A DNA stretch of 63,894 bases, counting the filler, from Licmophora abbreviata (lineage: Eukaryota): the NCBI GenBank assembly GCA_900291995.1. It is 14 parts of 14 records of this genome, joined end to end, with 100 filler letters (N's around TTAATTAATTAA, not from the genome) between each part and the next. Parts side by side here need not be neighbours in the genome. Positions count along the whole stretch, not along the records: positions 12,319 to 21,825 come from OLMU01000943.1; positions 21,926 to 27,112 come from OLMU01000944.1; positions 27,213 to 32,195 come from OLMU01000945.1; positions 32,296 to 37,622 come from OLMU01000947.1; 10 more parts are not named here. The stretch is one strand, 5' to 3'. Below, one piece after another: positions 21,783-33,695 of the stretch. Both the position numbers and the translations under genes were made by a program. The notes beneath the pieces are model-generated. The model worked only from the letters and a program-made list of their open reading frames with translations, had not been told where the DNA came from and ran no database searches. Numbering within the stretch: the first letter of the stretch is position 1; every line of letters begins with the position of its first letter.

Positions 21783-24447
21783 TCAGTTCTGAGCGACAGC
21801 TTGGGCACTCGGTGCGAGGAAAGTCNNNNNNNNNNNNNNNNNNNNNNNNNNNNNNNNNNNNNNNNNNNNTTAATTAATTAANNNNNNNNNNNNNNNNNNN
21901 NNNNNNNNNNNNNNNNNNNNNNNNNACAGCTTGGGCACTCGGTGCGAGGAAAGTCTCCATAGGACGCTCAATATCTGAGTCCAGAAGCTCCAGCCGTAGT
22001 GAGTCGGGCGTGGCCACAAAGCCTTCCTCGGCCGTAAGCGTAACATTCCCAGAATTTGAAAGCGAGAGGGACGCCAAGAAGAGTCGACACACCTCGTATT
22101 GTTCGCTTGTTCTTGTGACGGAATGAAAGTCCACCGTTTTCGCTGTCTGTACGCATCACGAAGTGTAGGTTGAATAGAGTGGTTCAAGGAATCAATCAAG
22201 GAATCGACTATGTGAGAAACGTGAATAACTGGCGGCGGCGACGACTCTCGATGCCGGCGCACGAAACTTCTTCTCACCTTTCCGACGGTCCCTTTGCCTT
22301 TGGTGTCGCATCGCGTCTTGATCAACTCAATGATGTGGTCACTGTAGCGGTGAATATCGAATTCCGGACGCTCATCTTCTTCTTCCAGAATGGGAGCCAG
22401 CTTAGCTTGCCACTCGCCAACGCGCTTGGTCAGATTCGTCTCGGCGGCATACTTTTCGGCCCCTCGAGCAAATGCCCGCACGTGAGCCCTACAGAGCGCC
22501 TCAAACTCGAGTGCGTCGACGTTCGACGTGTCTGCGATTGGCGCGAGAGCAATTTTCAGAAAGGTGAGTAAAACGTGGATGTGTATCGTTCAACGATCAA
22601 TCGTATGCGACCTGGCACAACCGGACGTACCTCGTTCGTCCACGTCGTGCGACCGAAAAGCGTCTTCCAATGACGCAAATCCCGTGTTGCCCACTACTGG
22701 ACCGACGTCCTGCTCGTCGTTCACATACTGATCACCATCGTCGCCGTTGTCGAAGGCGCCAAAGCCGCCATAGTCCTCGTCGTCGTTATCGCCGAATCCC
22801 AAGAGCTGATCCGCCTCTTGTGGCGCCACGGCGTGGGGGTCTTGTGATAAGAGCTTTCGACGCTCCCTACGCTCGGTGGCCTTTCGCTTCGCCGCAGCCT
22901 TGGCAATGTAAGCAAACTCGTCGCCAAAAACGAGTCCTTTGAGTGGAACATGCGGCCGCACAATGTCAATGTACGAAGCATCTTGTGTGTTGTCGACGGA
23001 CATAACGGAAGAGTCATCGGCAGCATGACTGACTCGATTAAGTCGTCGACGCTTTTCGTTCTCCATGGTAGCCTTGAAGGTTTCAGTGGCAATGCAGACG
23101 GTGTGCTTTTGATGATGCGTCGTTCGTTCCGTGGAGGTGCGAGCAGCGGGCTTGCGGCGGGTGTGCGCTCCTGTTACGAATTTGGACGGAGGTTCGTCGA
23201 GCCCTTCCGGAAGTCGGTAGGTAATTCCGACGCGGAGGGGGCGGGCCTTGGTCGTGCCAGGGTCGTGCGGGTCGAGAAGCGACCAAGGGTCCGCCTTGCT
23301 GGTAGCGGCGGCCTTGGTAGGTACAAAAGAGTGCGGTGCTTCAGACCCCTGTGTCGCAGACGGCATGGGTTCGTCGTCATCGTCCATCAATTGCAAGCCA
23401 CCTCCATCGCCGTCGTCGTCGACACTTCCACCTCCAAAGTCATCGTCCTGGTCCGACGTAAGGTAAGCGCGCTCTCCTTCCATGCTGCTCCTTGCACCAA
23501 ACTGCGCCGTCCCGGGCATGACGAGGACCCCCGTATCACTCATATCACAACGACCGTGTACGAGACGCAAGTTACCTCCCGCTGTGTCTGATCCCTGGGG
23601 GTGAAGTGTTCCAAGCAGTGCTCTCCGCGCCGCACTGGATCCAATGGAGGTTTGATCGACCAAAGTGTCGCCACCAGCAAGCGTCGAGCGGAAAGTGGCG
23701 CTACCGCGTGAGAGACTGGGACGGCCACCGGCAGCAAAGCCCAATGGATCTCTATCTCCTTCGTCATCCATCAAGTTGATCTTGTCTCCACCTTGCGTAT
23801 TGTCCGTAGGCAGGACATCGTCAAGGAGAAGAAAGTCGACCTCTGGATCGAACGAATCGAACTCGTCAATATCAGCGTCGACAGTGCGGCTGCGCGACTT
23901 CTTGGACGCCTGATGTCCCGACGTCGAGATGAGATTGTCGAGAGCCGCGTAGACTAGGGAGTAGAGGTACTCGACCTTGCGACCGTACACATTGGAGGAG
24001 TTCTGCACCAAGAGCGCCGCCTGCGCAAAGTTGGGAGGGCCGTCAGGGGAGGACACATCGGCGGCATTCTCGTCGTGATCCTCGTGTGCCAAGTGACCTA
24101 CAATGTCTGCTAGATAGTCCTGGAGACTGGATAGAGTGCGAAGGGGAATCGTGTAAGTCAACGAGTGGAGAAAGGCGCTGCAGCACAGCATGAAAGAGAT
24201 CACGGTCGGTCGGCCACTTCAGGATTTCAGGCACCGGGTGTCTCGCGTAGCTCTTGTACCAATTCCTACGGACGACAAATTATGGCGCGGCCAAGCGAGC
24301 GTCCCTCTCATTTTCATCACTTTCCACTTACCATGAGGCAATATCGACATCCCAGTTGCGTGATAAGTCTCGAATAGGCTGTATTTGGGACAAAGCAGCC
24401 TCGACGCGCTGTGCGGTGGGGTCAGACGACCCAGGATTCGTCGCCAT
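21783..24447 (-). CDS. NCAPH2: Condensin II kleisin subunit CAP-H2; introns 24127-24331, 22532-22630, 22147-22277; last codons lie across the linker
   Basis: IQPIRDLSRNWDVDIAS; NFAQAALLVQNSSNVYGRKVEYLY; WQAKLAPILEEEDERPEFDIHRY; YEVCRLFLASLSLSNSGNV. TGA at 21783-21785 is reached through a 30-bp contig overlap. Confidence 0.9.
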
Positions 24448-24881
24448 GGTGAAGCCAGTTGATGGTCGAGAATTTTGAATTTTGAGGATTCATCGGGTCG
24501 ATTGATTCAAATCCACAAATGACCACATGTGTATCACAAGTCATTGTGACATTTCTGATGCGTAGTCGAATGAGTCGAGATAGTCGAGTGAGTCGCACAA
24601 TCAATCAACGTGCCAACTTCCAAATTCGAAAATTGAAAAATCCTGCCATTGCATTTTTCTGTGTTGACACGGAAGTTCTGTTAGAGTTGTCACTCACTGC
24701 GCTTCTCTGGTGTCGTGGACTTGACTGCCTCCATCGAAAATACGCTTTGTCTTTACGATACGCCATTGGTCCCACTGTCGCCATTGTCTTTTCAGCCTGA
24801 AGTCATTTCTTGCTTCTAATTGTACTGATCAAGGCCGTGTGAGTTGAGAATCATTTCATCTCAAGTCGATATCCACGATCC

Positions 24882-26957
24882 ATGTCTACATCAACCGCGA
24901 CAGGAAAGGCGAAGCCAACGGCGTCCTGGATCGAGATTCCGTCCGATTCAGACTTCTCACTGCGCAATATTCCCTTTGGCGTCTTTTCCTGCCCTCCTGA
25001 AAAGCCCAGGCCTCGCTGTTGCACCGCCATTGGACACATCGTCGTGGATCTTTCCATTTTGGCCGAAGCAGGATTGTTCGACCGTTGTACTAGCAGCTCT
25101 GAGTTTGCTCCTCATGTCTTTTATGAGTCAACATTGAATAAGTTTCTAGCGTACGAGCGTCCAATTTGGGAGTCGGTACGAAACAAGCTTATTGATCTCT
25201 TTGCCACCGACGGAGACGACGACGCACTTCGTATCAACGAGCCACTACAGAAAGCGAGTCTCCACAACCTGGAACTTGTCACGCTACACTTGCCCGTAAA
25301 AATCGGTGACTATACAGACTTTTACTCGTCGCGTGAGCATGCGACCAATGTTGGAACAATGTTTCGTGGAAAAGTCAATGCCTTGCAACCTAATTGGCTT
25401 CACTTGCCCGTAGGATACCATGGTCGGTCCTCGACTGTATTTGCATCTGGAACTCCCGTGCGCCGTCCCTGTGGACAACTACAGAAAGACCCGAACGACC
25501 CGACACAGGGCAGCACTTTTGGGCCGTGTCGACTCATGGACTTTGAATTGGAAATGGCGTTCTTCGTCGGCGGAGCTCCCAACCAGCCTGGACAACGGCT
25601 TGACATTTCGCGTGCATACAATCGCATCTTCGGCTTTTGTTTGACGAATGATTGGTCTGCGCGTGACATTCAAAAGTGGGAATATGTGCCCCTCGGACCA
25701 TTCACTGCCAAAAACTTTGCCACAAGTGTGTCACCCTGGATTGTTACCACCATGGCACTCGAAGAGTTTCGATGCGACACATCGGCGCTCTGTCAGAGCG
25801 ATCCGACGCCTCTACCGTATTTGCAAGATGCCAACTACAGCTCGTTCAACGTCGTGTTGGAAGTGCAAATCCAAGATGAGTCGATGAAGAAGCCAGCTAC
25901 CGTGTGTCGCTCCAACCTGCGAAACATGTACTGGGACGCAGCTCAGCAGTTGGTCCATCACTCTGTGACGGGATGTATTATGGAAGCAGGTGACATGTTG
26001 GCGTCAGGCACCATTAGTGGTTCGTCGGAAACATCGTTTGGTAGCATGCTGGAATTGTGCTGGAAAGGAACGAGAGAAGTCCCGTTGGGGTCTACGGGTA
26101 AAGTACGAAAGTTCCTGCAAGACGGCGACACCGTTCTTATGAAGGGATGGAGCGAAACGAAAGGCCGCGCCCGTGTCGGTTTCGGTGTTTGCGCTGGCAA
26201 GATCCTACCAGCCTTGCTCCCCGGTGATAACAAAGGTCCGATGAACCTGCCAACGTCAGTTGCCTGTCGCTATAAGGACTTCAAGTTGTATGCGTTTTGG
26301 AGATCGTCTTCGTCGTGGCGAGTCAGGATTGCTTTGCACGCCAAGTCGATCGACTATCAAGTAATTTCGGTCAACCTAAAGGAAGACGAGCATGCATCTG
26401 CCGATCATATCGAGCGTAATCCCATGGCGCAGGTCCCAGTCCTTGAGTTTACGGATACAATGATGAATCGCCAGGTGCGCTTGTCGCAGTCGGTAGCTAT
26501 CATTGACTTTTTGGAAGAAACTTTTCCGACTCGTCGACCTCTTATGCCCATGGATGCTCTCGATCGAGCTAGGGCGCGTGAAATGGTGGAAGTCGTCAAT
26601 TCCGGAACACAACCGCTGCAAAATGCGTTCCTTGCCCGCAAGGTAGAGAAGCTTTCTGAAGGAAAGATTGTAGGCAAGGAGTTTGCTGCCCAGGCGATTG
26701 AACGGGGATTCCGCGCATTGGAGCGTATGGTTTTGTCGCGTCGATTGCAAGAGGGTGCGCGTGGGCCTTTTTGCTTAGGAACGTTTTGGCCCTCGATTGT
26801 AGATGTATACATGGTACCTCAAATGTACAACGCGCGACTCTTTGGGGTTGACGTTGGCCAGGTGTGTCCGTCTCTTGTCGCCATCGATGCTCGGTGTGTC
26901 CACCACCCTTGGTTCATGCCAGCGCACGCAGACCTACAACCGGATGCAAAAACGTAG
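24882..26957 (+). CDS. FAH: Fumarylacetoacetase fused to zeta-class GST (maleylacetoacetate isomerase)
   Basis: FAH: GDYTDFYSSREHATNVG, LPVGYHGRSS, DFELE, NDWSARDIQKWEYVPLGPF, SGTISG. GSTZ: LYAFWRSSSSWRVRIAL, NPMAQVPVL, SQSVAII, SGTQPLQN, AHADLQPD. Single intronless ORF. Confidence 0.93.
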   Translation: MSTSTATGKAKPTASWIEIPSDSDFSLRNIPFGVFSCPPEKPRPRCCTAIGHIVVDLSILAEAGLFDRCTSSSEFAPHVFYESTLNKFLAYERPIWESVRNKLIDLFATDGDDDALRINEPLQKASLHNLELVTLHLPVKIGDYTDFYSSREHATNVGTMFRGKVNALQPNWLHLPVGYHGRSSTVFASGTPVRRPCGQLQKDPNDPTQGSTFGPCRLMDFELEMAFFVGGAPNQPGQRLDISRAYNRIFGFCLTNDWSARDIQKWEYVPLGPFTAKNFATSVSPWIVTTMALEEFRCDTSALCQSDPTPLPYLQDANYSSFNVVLEVQIQDESMKKPATVCRSNLRNMYWDAAQQLVHHSVTGCIMEAGDMLASGTISGSSETSFGSMLELCWKGTREVPLGSTGKVRKFLQDGDTVLMKGWSETKGRARVGFGVCAGKILPALLPGDNKGPMNLPTSVACRYKDFKLYAFWRSSSSWRVRIALHAKSIDYQVISVNLKEDEHASADHIERNPMAQVPVLEFTDTMMNRQVRLSQSVAIIDFLEETFPTRRPLMPMDALDRARAREMVEVVNSGTQPLQNAFLARKVEKLSEGKIVGKEFAAQAIERGFRALERMVLSRRLQEGARGPFCLGTFWPSIVDVYMVPQMYNARLFGVDVGQVCPSLVAIDARCVHHPWFMPAHADLQPDAKT

Positions 26958-27860
26958 CCAAGAGGCGACGATGCACTGAGGGTACTTCATATTTCTAATT
27001 AAATATCAGCAAAGCGAAGTAAACAAGTGATCTAGTGAACGACACTTATTGAAACTAGTTGACATCGAATCCTTCAGGAAAAATCGGAGACGAGACGAAA
27101 AACAAAGTGTGCNNNNNNNNNNNNNNNNNNNNNNNNNNNNNNNNNNNNNNNNNNNNTTAATTAATTAANNNNNNNNNNNNNNNNNNNNNNNNNNNNNNNN
27201 NNNNNNNNNNNNCCTACTCGAATATTTCCCCCGTCCTCTCGAGGGGAGACAGCGAACGTTAGGGATGCACATTGACATCGAATCCCGTAGGCTAGATACC
27301 AGAAACACCGTAGGGTTGACATCCCCAGTCCTTCGGGTTGCACCGCTGCAGGGTGGGGGGAGTTTTGTATCTCACCTGTAGAATCTCACGTTGCTGACGT
27401 CGACTGGGGGGCTGTACACGGGCTCCCTTAATCAGCCCTTATTTTAGTCCATATGCTGTAACTTGCCGCTCTCCAATCACGTTGCGTAGAGAGATTCGTG
27501 ATTTGTGATTTCGTGATTTCTTACCGGTAGTGCACTAAACGTATGGCAGCCATACTCGCCTAAGACGTGTGTACAGCCAACAGAGCATACCAGCAGTCCA
27601 CGAATCTCTACGAGTAGCTAGACCTCAACCCCCCCCCCCCCCCCATCGCTGCGCGGGCGAGGTATCTGTGACATGGCGACACTGTTTTATCTTCTTCCTA
27701 TTATCGTACCGGTACCCGTATCTGGTGTCCTGGTACCGGTTGAGCTACCTTCTCGCAGGTTCTTCTACCACGAACGCTTACCCCCCCCCCCCCACCCCGG
27801 TCATTCCACGCCCTTCTAAGCCGAGTATTGACTAGATCGACACGCAAGATCCAAGCATGG

Positions 27861-30800
27861 CTAATGCTTGATAAAGCCCAGCAGATGCTCTGCGCCGTTG
27901 GCAAGAAGTGGAACTCCAAACCATGTGATAGCTCCTGCCGCCACAACAATAGAACCGATTTTGGCGTACGCAACCATGTCGGAATCTTTCTTCACAGAAG
28001 CCGCAGGAGTGCTCTTGTCGAGGAGCTTCGGGTGCTTCGTCGGCTGACCAGCCGGTGCTTCGGTGAAAGCCTTGTTTTCAATCTGAAGATGCGACGGTAG
28101 CGCGAGGCAAAATTTCAACGCGTAAGGTACAAAATTGACAAGCTCGTCTAGAGAAGGGCTGCGACCACAGAGTCAACATACCTTCGGAATCATGTCGCCA
28201 ACAAGGTGCTGACCGGGCAAACGAGTTCGGTTGTATCCTGCTTCCTTCATGGCCAACTCGGCCAAGCCGAGCGGCTTCGGTCGGTACGGAACGGCGCTAG
28301 AGTCTGGGAGCGGGACATCGCGTTGAAGGTCTTGCTTCAGAACAGGCACCTTAGTAATGAACTTCCCAAACATGAGTTTCTTCATGTCTTTGAGCTTGTT
28401 TGCGCGCTCGCGCTTGATTCGAGCATCGCTGACCGCCTCTTCAAGTTTCTTGCGTCGCACCTTTTCTGCGTCGTCTTTCTGTTGTTTCTTCTCCTCCTCC
28501 GTGGGCGGCTTTATCTTGCTAACGTAAAAGACGTCGACTGCCTTCATCCAGGGTCCGAGGAGGGCCCAGACGACAATTCGTGAACCCCACTTGATTAGGA
28601 AGAACCACGGGACGAAGAAACAGGCAACAGACAGAACAATACAGCCAAACGTGATCCAGAAAGCTAGGTAGCATTCTGTCCATAGAGCAACATGCCGAAC
28701 AATTCGCAGATAGCCGCACGCGGCGCCAAGATACTGCTGGATCGGATAGAGAAATGGTTTGAACACGTCGAAAGACACCCCGCCGCCTGTCTTGGTGCTA
28801 ATATCTGTGTTCGTCCCACCTACTTCCTCCAGCTCCCTCATCTCTTCTTCTTGCTGTTTGATCGATTCTTCGTACGCGACCTTCGCGGCTATTTCGGCGT
28901 CCTTGATTCGTTTCTCGCGCCACGCCTCGAACTCTGCCGCTTCTTTCGCATTCTCCCCTTTGGCGATCGAAAAAGGTGGGGACATTGATCGGCCTACGAC
29001 AAGCGTTTTCGAAAGCTCTCCAAAAGACTTGCAGTCCTCCCAAGGATTCGGAATATTGCGCCTCCAGCCCATGATCGCTAGCATCAGCCACGAAATGCCA
29101 GCGAAAAAGAAGCTCGGCATCATCTGAGGGCGCTCGACAAGAATGACTCCTAAAATGAATGCATTGATGGAGTGTAGTGGGAGCTTGGTGGTCCTTTTCC
29201 CCAACTGCACGGGAAAGTGCCCTCGCCAGAGTAGAAGGTGAACTATTGCATCCTGGACATAAAAGAGAAGGTGCTGGTACGCGAGCAACTCTTCGGTGTA
29301 CCTGGAAAAGATAAGCGACAGGTTGAGACAATCAGCAATAGCAAAAACGGTAAGAAAGTGAACCGGCATACTTACGAGTTGATAATGTTCATGCTGTACT
29401 CGTTCATGTCGTATTTCCCTCGACACGTGTATCGCATTACCCGGAAATCCTTCTTCTTCTTCACGTTCACATAAATCTCTGGCGGCGGCTCGAGGCTTGC
29501 GAGAAGAAGCTTTCGCTCATCGTCGACTTCCAAACGCACACGAACGGTGATCGTCCCCTGCCGTTTGCGTGAGATCATCTGCGCCGTCGGAAAGATATCA
29601 TACTTAAGCGTACAGACGGAGTTTGGACGTAGATTGGCCAATTCTATGGCTACCCGACCGATTAGATCGTGGTCGTCCAGTCCGCTGTCAAAGTCGAAGA
29701 CGCCTAGAAAGAGCTGACTGCTGGGATGAAGGAGATGAAAGATGAACGCCCGTTTCGACCAAGGAAGCCACCTCGGTTTCAGACAATCGTCGATGACATC
29801 CGTCTTCATCATGGAATCTTCGAAGACGACGGCAACAAACGCATCGGTCTTGTTTCCAAACACTCCGCCCGTATCAAGATTAGGCAGATCGTCGCATCCT
29901 AGCACCTCGACATACAAGCGACCAAGAGATCCGGAACCACTGTCATACCAATGGAAAGATTCTCGATCCACTTCGCGCTCGACCTCCTCCTCGGTCAACC
30001 AAGCTGTCTCGTCCTTCCGCTTTGGGTCTGGGCAAGGTCGAACCCGAAACTTTTCGATTTTCTTGTCACCGACCCTTTCCGTTTTCTTGGTACGAGTAAT
30101 CATGGAACGAATATTGCCCTTACCTCCCTTCGATTTGGCGCCCTTCTTGGAGAGAACTGATAGTCCGAGCACATCGCTTTTGTCGTCGTCGTGGAGACTC
30201 TCCATAAACTTGATATCGTACTCCGAGGCGTGGCGGCACCGAATTGCGAGCGACCCTTGACTCTTATCTTTCGCTTGACCTTGTGCCTTCATGAGCTTGA
30301 ACTCTGTTCGCTCTCCAGTTCCTTCGTAGAGAATCTTCGGTGGGACGGTCACTGCCCCCAGTCTGTCGTTCGTGTCGAACCGGTCGAAATCATTGATTTC
30401 ACAGACGAGGCCCTCGCCGCTGAAGAGCTGTTTGACGGAACATGAGAGCAAGAAGAGCGAATCCGTCTTTACAGTCCAGATGGGATCCAGACTTCGGATA
30501 AAGGAAGAAAGTCGCGGGGATTAGTGCGTCGTTACCAAGGGTTCGCAGAGAGATACACTTGCACTTGGCCACTACTCACGTGTTGGAAATGCGCTTAGTG
30601 CGATGGACCGGCTTTGAATTCAGGTAGCACTGAACAAAAGGGTCCGACGAGCCGGACCCTGTGGCACTGAAGTCCGACGCAGGAAGGTCCCACGCGGAAA
30701 CAATTTCGACGAGAAGCGTCAACTCCTTTTCGAGCGCAACGTTGTCTGTTCCCAAGCTGGCCTTGAGCTTGGCCGCCGCCCGTCGCACCTCTGCCCGTTT

Positions 30801-31635
30801 CTGGGTTTCCATTAGCTGCGAGAATTCGCTTGCCTCCGCTTCAGAGTGAAAGATGAACTTCCGAATGTGTTTGAGAATACCGACCTGTGCGACACAGGCG
30901 ACCTTGTTCCGATGCACGCTCTTGATTTCAAGCGCGCTGACAGGCACCCGATACTTGGCTCTCCATCCGGCGTAACTCAGAGTCTGCTCTCTTCCCGCGT
31001 CGGCAAACTCCGCCAAGGTGACACTGCCATCTCCGTCGTCTAACAGTGACTCCTGAACGGATCCGCCACCCGCGTGAGACTGCGCTGCTAGCTTCGCCTT
31101 CATGCGAGCCTCCTTTCCTTCCTTGGTTTGTTCCGGGAACAGGATGCTGGAGTGATGAAAGGCCGCCATCGCTGTGTTAGAGCTACAGAAAATACGCACT
31201 TGTACAGTCCTTATGCGCGCTACCAAGTCTTACCGAACGATACAATCATCATAGTAGTCGACGCCCTCTTTGGCGTTCGGTCCCGTCTTTCCGCCGATAG
31301 TGGTAAAGCGATGAATTTCGAGACTGATGCGCCTCTTCTTGTGCCGTAACGCCAGGGCCGATGGAAGTAGAGTTCCCTGTGAAATTAAGAATGCAGAAAT
31401 TGAAAACAACGATGAGAACATCAAGCAAGTTTAGTCGGTCGTCGCGGACTTGGTCGCCGTGACAGGGTACCGTATCTTTGCGTCGTACCTTCAGCGTGTT
31501 CGAAGGAGGCGGAGACTCGACATCCCACACCTTGGACCATATCACAGTAGAACTCTCTTCATTTTCAATGATCGCGGATGCCGGAGCAGACTCCGGGGAG
31601 GCAGCTTTGGCCTTGGAATCCACCATGGTCGACAT
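27861..31635 (-). CDS. Multiple-C2-domain transmembrane protein (MCTP-like), multi-exon
   Basis: C2 motifs LLVEIVSAWDLPASD..SDPFV and LYVEVLGCDDLPNLD..KTDAFV..VFDFD..DDHDLIGRV; C-terminal TM hairpins; GT-AG junctions such as 28083-28181. Confidence 0.8.
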
Positions 31636-32295
31636 CAGCGAACAATGATCGCTCGATCGCTTTTGGGGCTTCTCTCTCATTCAAGTCGGGACTGCCAGTC
31701 GAGTCAGTCAAATTCTCGAATTTTCTACTGCAATTTACATAATTCCTACATGCGTGATCGTAGTACTTGAAACACGCTTCGCCAATGAACCCACCCGGAT
31801 TCATTCGATTCATTCCGGAATCCCGCGGTTGTGAAAAACTAAACTCGAGCTAACTTTTATTGTTACAATTGAAGCTCGCACGAGCGTCAGTCCTTTCACA
31901 AAGTACTCGGAGTATGCATTTGTGACCATGTGGCGTCCAACGAAAATGAAACTATTTAACGGATCCGGAATACGACCTCCAATGTGACACCCGAACTTAT
32001 TGGAAGTTGTCACAACAACGAACAAGTTCGAAAGTGCGTAGAGCAACGTGACGATTGTAGCGCCCAGTACACTGTACGTATTCTTCTACCATTTTCCCTT
32101 TTTGCATCTTCCCGCCACAGAGATGCAACCAAACTTCCGGAAGTCGAGGGTGTGGCAGAAGAAAAAGTCACGCTTTTTCCTTTCGCGCTTCCCTANNNNN
32201 NNNNNNNNNNNNNNNNNNNNNNNNNNNNNNNNNNNNNNNTTAATTAATTAANNNNNNNNNNNNNNNNNNNNNNNNNNNNNNNNNNNNNNNNNNNN

Positions 32296-33476
32296 TCTCG
32301 TAAGTTCGATTTGAGTTCATCCAGTGTCGATGCGTAGTCTCTTTCCTTTTCATCAAACACTTCCTTCAGATCGTGGATGGCTTTCGTCCTTTGCTCCTCG
32401 AACTTTTCTTTCTCGGCTTGAAGGGTCGACTCGGATAACGATTGCTGCTTCTCGATTTTTTCTCGCAGAGCAGTGACCAGCGATTTCTCCGACACAATGT
32501 CCTCTTCTAGTCTCGCCGCCTTCTTTTCAAGTAGGGATACCGAAGAGTTGGATTCTTCCAGTTTCCGCTTCACGGAGTCCCCTAACTTAAGCTCCTCTTT
32601 TGCTTCTCGTAGTTCAATTTTTGTGGTCTCCAGTTCTGTTTTTGTTTCGTCCAACGCAGTCGATTTCATACCAAGATCAACGACGAGCTTTGCTCTGGAC
32701 GATTCAGCTCTATCGCCTCGCTCCTGCAGACTCTTCACAGTTCGTTCAAGACTACCAATCGCTTCTTCTAGTTTGAACCGTTCTTGATTAAGAAGTTCCA
32801 TCGCTATCTTTTTCTCCTTTGCCAGCTCTTCTGCACGCCTTTCGCTCGTTAATCGACGAGCATCCATCGCATCGCTCTGTTCGAGTGCTTCGAGTCGCTC
32901 GTGTGCCATGTTTCTGAGGCGATCTTCAAGATTCTGGACTTCACGAGCCGAATCTTCTTTCTCTGATTGTAGTGTAATTTGTAACTCAGTCGCCTCCTTG
33001 TTCATATCTGACTTCTGCTGGCGAAGAATCTGGATCTCCTTTTCAAGGTCCAACTTTTCTTCGACGATTCTCTCCAACGCCACACGGGCAACACGTTCTT
33101 GCTCTAATTTCTCGGCGGACTCCTTCAATTCATCAGAGAACGATGTAAGACGTGCGTCTTTGGTAGCCACGCTATCACGCAGACTTCGAATCTGCTCCTG
33201 GAGCTGTCTCTGCCGTTGATCTGCTGGAGTCGGTCCTTTGAGGACGGACTTGGTTGGGGTGTCGAGAAGTATGATTTGCTTTAGCGCCGCAAGACTCGTC
33301 ATGAATCCATCTTCGTGCTCACGAGACCGGGATCCTGGAGAAGTTTGATTCGCACCTGCCCCTGGGATTGGGGAGGCCTTCGTCGTGCTGCTCATCGTCT
33401 TCGTCGTGAGCTTCCAACGCCATAGTGACATCGCTGAAATTCTGAACCAAAACACGAAAAAGGATTTCAGATTCAT
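32296..33476 (-). CDS. Long coiled-coil protein, 3' truncated
   Basis: Over 390 codons of E/K/L/Q-rich heptad sequence running into the linker; identity unknown and start uncertain. Confidence 0.7.
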
Positions 33477-33695
33477 GAATTAAGCTTTTTATCGGAGCGC
33501 GAGCTCGCCTGGTTTCATTTCTACGGTTGCAATGGATAGACGGACGGACGGCAGGAAGCGTGGCCTCACAAAAATGGGCGGGAAACAACACGAAAAGACG
33601 ACGACCTTTTATCCTCTCAATTGTTTAGGATCGTGCTTCAAGTGAAGCCAAATTAGTGATTCACAGTACATCCCCAGCGGCTAGTGAAAGAAGCC

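Noticed and set aside
27213..27560. Contig-start region as a possible LTR or other TE end
   Set aside because: No TG...CA pair, PBS, TIR or second copy visible.
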